Origin: Plasmodiophora brassicae | Taxonomy: Eukaryota | Length of the DNA: 64,000 nt | Assembly (NCBI GenBank): GCA_036867785.1 | Contig: CP145418.1 | Location: forward strand, 1,054,001 to 1,118,000 | Direction of reading: 5' to 3' | Part shown: positions 58,775 to 64,000 of the stretch, in pieces | How positions within the stretch are numbered: the stretch's first letter is position 1 | How the letters are laid out: every line of letters starts with the position of its first letter | Translations under genes and position numbers: made by a program | The notes under the pieces: model-generated | The model's input: the letters and a program-made list of their open reading frames with translations, nothing else | Databases searched by the model: none | What the model was told of the DNA's origin: nothing

Positions 58775-59912
58775 ATGATCCAGGCCAACGGCGACGATCG
58801 GGTCGACGTGGACAAGGACGTCGTCGCGCCGCAGTCATTGCTGTCCGATGCGGTCGGGGGACCGCGACAGGGCCCAGTGCGATCGTCGAACCCCCTGACG
58901 TGATTCGCGGCAGGCCCTCATGGAGCACATGGCGCGTGGGACCGTCGTCATTGAACCCTTCATTCCCGAGAACCTGTCGACCAGCTCCTATGATGTCACT
59001 CTGGGTACCCGATGTGGGTGATGTAGCCTGAACGGGGCTGGGTTCAATCGGTGCGCTTTGCAGGCGAATACTACTTCCGGGAAGCGACGCCCGAGCCTGG
59101 AGACGGTATCTTCAATCCGGTACGCCCGTTTGACGACTAGCGTGGTTTCACACTGACAGCATGCGACTCGACAGTACTCGGAGGCAATGGTTCGTCGGGT
59201 CTGGGGTGCAAACGATCTGCAGAGGGCCGAGCGGGCTGGTCGGTTGGGTCATATGATCACGAGGACGGGTTCGCTCACTGTCCCGCCTACAGGGTTGTGG
59301 ATGGACAGGACAAACCTGAAGCTCGAGAACGTGCATCGTGACGACCAGCTGATCTGGATCCGCCCCGGAGAGACCATCCTCGGCCACACGAATGAGTTCA
59401 TTGGCGGCCGTCGGACGGTGACGACGATGATGAAGGCGCGTTCATCGCTCGGGCGGAACTTCATTGAAGTTTGCAAATGTAGGCCGTGCTACGAGGACGT
59501 CGTGTTTGGAGTCTGATTGGCGCTGTTGCGATCAGGTGCCGGCTGGGGCGATATCGGATACGTTAATCGCTGGACGATGGAGATCACCAACAACTCCCGG
59601 CACTATTCCATCCCTCTTGTCGTCGGGCGACGCATTGCCCAGATCGTGTTCTTCGACACCCAGGGCACGCTGAACGGGCGGTCGTATAGCAACAACGGCA
59701 AGTATCAGACCGCTGATACGCTCGAGGCGTTGAAACAGAAATGGTCGCCGTTTGAAATGTCGTCGTCACGGCTAGGTGCACTTCCAGAGAGAGTTGATCA
59801 ACGAGCGTCGTCTGCCCCGTTTGACGATCGCACGGACAAGGGCACAGGGCACGACCGTCCAGTCAAAAGTGCCAGGCGACCTGAACACGAAATCGTGACG
59901 GCTGCCAGGTAA
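58775..59912 (+). CDS. dcd: dCTP deaminase copy 1 with chimeric C-terminal extension
   Basis: SYDVTLG, PGETILGHTNEFIG, ARSSLGR, GWGDIGY, WTMEI, RIAQIVF, GKYQ; 4 introns; native end replaced at the duplication junction. Confidence 0.85.
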
Positions 59913-60693
59913 CGCCAGCAGAGCAGCCTGTACAAACCATAACTGTCCGTTTGTTGGACGTTCCTTCAACGCCATCGGCACGGATGTGACGAATGGCAAG
60001 GTCATCAAGACGTCTTCGTGGATCAGGTCAATCTCGATCCAACCCTGTTAGTTTACCAGTCATAATGCAGATTGCGGTCCTGACCAGAGAAGGCATGCGG
60101 CGCCCGCGTTTTCACCATGGGTGGACCAATGGTTCGTGAACGGGGGCACGGCGTCGAATGCGTTGCCACTTGACTGCCACCATGGCATACACGACGATAA
60201 ACAACTGACTGTATCATTGAAGGGATGCTATAATGCGGTCGACGACAGGCAGGGCGGTCAGGAACAGGAACTCGAGCGGAGCCCATGCAAAAATGATCGT
60301 GTTGAGGGCGAACCGGACCACGCTGCGCTTGGCGTGCTGACGACGGATGGGACTGCCATCAGGGCGCACGGGGCCTTTGATATACCGATCGACCATGTCA
60401 ACGCCGGCCTTCAGCAGCATCGTGATCAGCAGGGGTTTCCAGATGCCCCGACCATTCGCAAGTTGCTTGCCGACATCTACACCGCAGCACAGTCAGACGT
60501 CCAGAGGCGGCCTGGCAGCACAAGTGGACCCACGGTCGGAGTACGCCTTCCGCAAACGTCGGACCCAGGGCTTGTCGACCGCTGCAACGACCTGGTCAAA
60601 CGCTGTAACTCGAACGCCCGTGCCCGCGCCCAACGTCACACCGCATAGGATCGCGACGGCCACGACGAGCACAACCAGTCTCGCCAACGACAT
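59772..60693 (-). CDS. Hypothetical signal-peptide/membrane protein, copy 2
   Basis: Same sequence as 55962-56883. Confidence 0.45.
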
Positions 60694-60851
60694 GGCCGTT
60701 GTCCAGTGGGCAGTGGCGCTCGAAATTAGCGTGCCGGGAATAGGGCGCAGTAACAGCCCTGTGAGTGGGGGGGCAGGCGGGCAGCAGACTGCAGACTGCA
60801 CTGGACTGCCGACTGCGCTGTTAAGTACAGTCGGCGATCCACCGTGGGGGC

Positions 60852-62346
60852 ATGCCCGCATCGCGTCCCAGGATACGTTCAGCGGCGTGCTTGGACAGCC
60901 TGCATCGCGTCAACGCTGCTGTACTGCACGCCCTGGAACACGGTGATGACGTACCGAAGGTGACGCCTCGGCGACACCGGCGCCAGGTTCGCCCACATTC
61001 GGCTCCCGTGCCCAGCAGTAGCAGCATCGTACCCGATCTGCCACCCGTCATCGCCGCCGATGATAAGGAGGAGTTTATGCAACGGGCGCGCATGGCGCTG
61101 ATGACCGACGGCGAATGGGCAACGATCAGTAGTACACGTCTGTTCGAACGACAGCAACACGTGGACGAGTACAACATGATGACAGAGTTCCAAGGTCTGT
61201 TCCGGATGGCCTCTCGACACCTGTTCTGTGGGTCCCCGCCCGATCTGCGAATCCCCGTCCTGGCACAAATTCCACCCATGACCGATCTCGACACGCGCAC
61301 CTCTGTCATTGACTTCTGTATCGCTCGCCTGGACGACGATGGTGAGGATATGCTAGATGCCTTCGACAACGCAACCCCAAATCAGGGCACGCCATTCGAC
61401 TTCATCCAATTGCTTCCCGACACCTGTACAATTAGAGCAGCCTTAGGCATTGAAACGCAAGATGAACCCGAGGGCAGCAACGCCGACGACGATATCTGCG
61501 AAGGGCAGTATGAGGAGGAGGGCGATGTTCTGGAAGAAGGCGCAATGCCGACTGCGGTTCCTATTGACGCGGATCTGAGCGTGACAAGCCTGGTAGAACG
61601 GGAGAAGGTGCGCATGACGTCGATGGTGCAACGATTGTCGAAAGATATTCGCGAAAGCGCCAAGGTGCAGGATATGCCCTTAATCCTGACAGACGTGTTC
61701 GAACCGGCGCTGATCAGCGAAGCCATGCTGCTGCCGTTGGAGCTCCTTACCCAGTCACTGCGACGACGTCCCCAGACCCCTGTCCCTCCACCGCCACCCG
61801 TTTCGCCATTGCCGAATTTCGGTCGGCGTCTACATCGAACGTTATCGACGATCAGAATGAAGACCATGTCTGTGGCCGGCCGAGCAGACGTCCAGGAAGA
61901 GCAGCGGGAGCCCATGCCAAGGTCACCCTCACGTGACAAACCGAGTCTGTTCATTGAAAGGACGACACTGCTGCCCAAGCGCCCCGCGCTTCGGTCGCAG
62001 ACGGCGTGCTCGTGGCGTTCCGATGACGGAGAACAGCCTGGACGAGTACGGCGGGTCCAGTCGCCCTCAGTCGGCCGGGTACCGACTGGAAACAACCCCG
62101 TATCCTGCCCCAGGTAGCCAGGAACGATCACTCTGCGGTCCGGCGTGGCCAGCAGCCCTGAAGCGTTCCCCGCGTGGACGTCCCCTGCGACGAACCGTGT
62201 CGCGTCAGGTTGTTCAGCACCCCTCGCCCCGACGACTGCTGACCGTCTACGTTGCATTGCGCCTGCCCCGCGTCGAGGCCGTCTTCCTCGACACGCTGAA
62301 ATCCATCACCTTGGCCAATGATGAGAACCGATCCCGCGTTCTCTGA
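60852..62346 (+). pseudogene. Frameshifted copy 2 of the 497-aa hypothetical gene (or sequencing error)
   Basis: Extra G near 62029 shifts the frame, giving a stop at 62117; the native tail continues in another frame to 62346. Confidence 0.6.
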
Positions 62347-62587
62347 TACAAATGCAATATGCACCATAACGATCGCGAATCGCCATGTATGCGCTGTTGT
62401 TGCTGTTGTTGCAAGGGTGCACGTTGCCGAAGGGGAGCCCGGCGGCTGCGGTCCCCTCGAACAATGCTGGCGGCGTCCGTGACGGCGCGGGCCGCCGCTC
62501 TTCGTCGGCGATTATTCGTATCGTCGCCCCGGTGGACAATACGTCGGACAATGTCGGGTGTCGTCGTCGACTGCGACACCGGGGGCC

Positions 62588-63587
62588 ATGATCCAGGCCA
62601 ACGGCGACGATCGGGTCGACGTGGACAAGGACGTCGTCGCGCCGCAGTCATTGCTGTCCGATGCGGTCGGGGGACCGCGACAGGGCCCAGTGCGATCGTC
62701 GAACCCCCTGACGTGATTCGCGGCAGGCCCTCATGGAGCACATGGCGCGTGGGACCGTCGTCATTGAACCCTTCATTCCCGAGAACCTGTCGACCAGCTC
62801 CTATGATGTCACTCTGGGTACCCGATGTGGGTGATGTAGCCTGAACGGGGCTGGGTTCAATCGGTGCGCTTTGCAGGCGAATACTACTTCCGGGAAGCGA
62901 CGCCCGAGCCTGGAGACGGTATCTTCAATCCGGTACGCCCGTTTGACGACTAGCGTGGTTTCACACTGACAGCATGCGACTCGACAGTACTCGGAGGCAA
63001 TGGTTCGTCGGGTCTGGGGTGCAAACGATCTGCAGAGGGCCGAGCGGGCTGGTCGGTTGGGTCATATGATCACGAGGACGGGTTCGCTCACTGTCCCGCC
63101 TACAGGGTTGTGGATGGACAGGACAAACCTGAAGCTCGAGAACGTGCATCGTGACGACCAGCTGATCTGGATCCGCCCCGGAGAGACCATCCTCGGCCAC
63201 ACGAATGAGTTCATTGGCGGCCGTCGGACGGTGACGACGATGATGAAGGCGCGTTCATCGCTCGGGCGGAACTTCATTGAAGTTTGCAAATGTAGGCCGT
63301 GCTACGAGGACGTCGTGTTTGGAGTCTGATTGGCGCTGTTGCGATCAGGTGCCGGCTGGGGCGATATCGGATACGTTAATCGCTGGACGATGGAGATCAC
63401 CAACAACTCCCGGCACTATTCCATCCCTCTTGTCGTCGGGCGACGCATTGCCCAGATCGTGTTCTTCGACACCCAGGGCACGCTGAACGGGCGGTCGTAT
63501 AGCAACAACGGCAAGTATCAGACCGCTGATACGCTCGAGGCGTTGAAACAGAAATGGTCGCCGTTTGATATGCTGCCCAAGATGTAA
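62588..63587 (+). CDS. dcd: dCTP deaminase copy 2, native C-terminus (WSPFDMLPKM*)
   Basis: Same motifs and 4 introns as copy 1. Confidence 0.88.
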
Positions 63588-64000
63588 ACGCCCCCAATTG
63601 CATTGGTCGACCGACGCCTGTTAATGGTTCGCATATGTTTCCAGGTACCTTGACCGGGAACTTCGCAAGTCTCAAAAGCCCCATACAGGTAACAAGGCGC
63701 AGGAAGGCACCGCACGTTCAACGTGATCCTGTCCCTCGCTCTCAACAACGCGTCGTACAGTATACAGCGCCTTTCTTGCCAGTTTCGCGTACCACTATAG
63801 ACACTGCTGCTTGTATTGCATACCGAACTGCCTTCTGACGGTGCGAAGCAGCGCCTGGTCATTAACGTTGGACACGAATCCGCCGTTACGTAACCCTGGA
63901 TGCCCCAGCTGTGAATGACCCAACATGGGCAGAGGCACTGTTACCAATACCGTACCGTGTATCCTAGACTGGACGTCCCGTGTCAGTGTTCTACTATGTG

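Larger units (their letters stand above)
55945..63568. repeat. Tandem segmental duplication, two copies of about 3.81 kb (55945-59754; 59755-63568)
   Basis: Copies read as identical apart from three 1-bp insertions in copy 2 (G-run 60767-60773, about 62029, 62580); offset rises from 3810 to 3813. Confidence 0.97.

Noticed and set aside
55945-63568. Duplicated units as LTRs or a mobile element
   Set aside because: Units are directly adjacent and carry ordinary intron-containing genes; no transposase, reverse transcriptase, terminal repeats or target-site duplication

Overview
Gene-dense, GC-rich eukaryotic DNA with many short (about 50-70 nt) GT-AG introns and very short intergenic spacers. 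Gene content (secreted ankyrin-type proteins, atypical GPCR-like receptors, secreted GH114, cilia-associated IFT25 and INPP5E) resembles a phytomyxid protist such as Plasmodiophora brassicae; this is inference, not a database match. The window holds about 35 protein genes, one tRNA-Arg(TCT) followed by about 700 nt of hairpin-rich ORF-free sequence, and a very recent 3.8-kb tandem duplication (55945-63568) that includes an intron-containing dCTP deaminase. Main leads: (1) a tandem cluster of signal-peptide + F-box-like + ankyrin proteins in three states of decay; (2) a class C GPCR-like receptor with a LamG/Cys-rich ectodomain; (3) a tandem CGGA[C/G]TCCG pseudo-palindrome directly upstream of several housekeeping genes; (4) candidate structured ncRNA(s), possibly RNase P RNA; (5) a PDR-type ABCG with one degenerate ATP site. 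Spliced-gene coordinates are outer boundaries inferred by eye.
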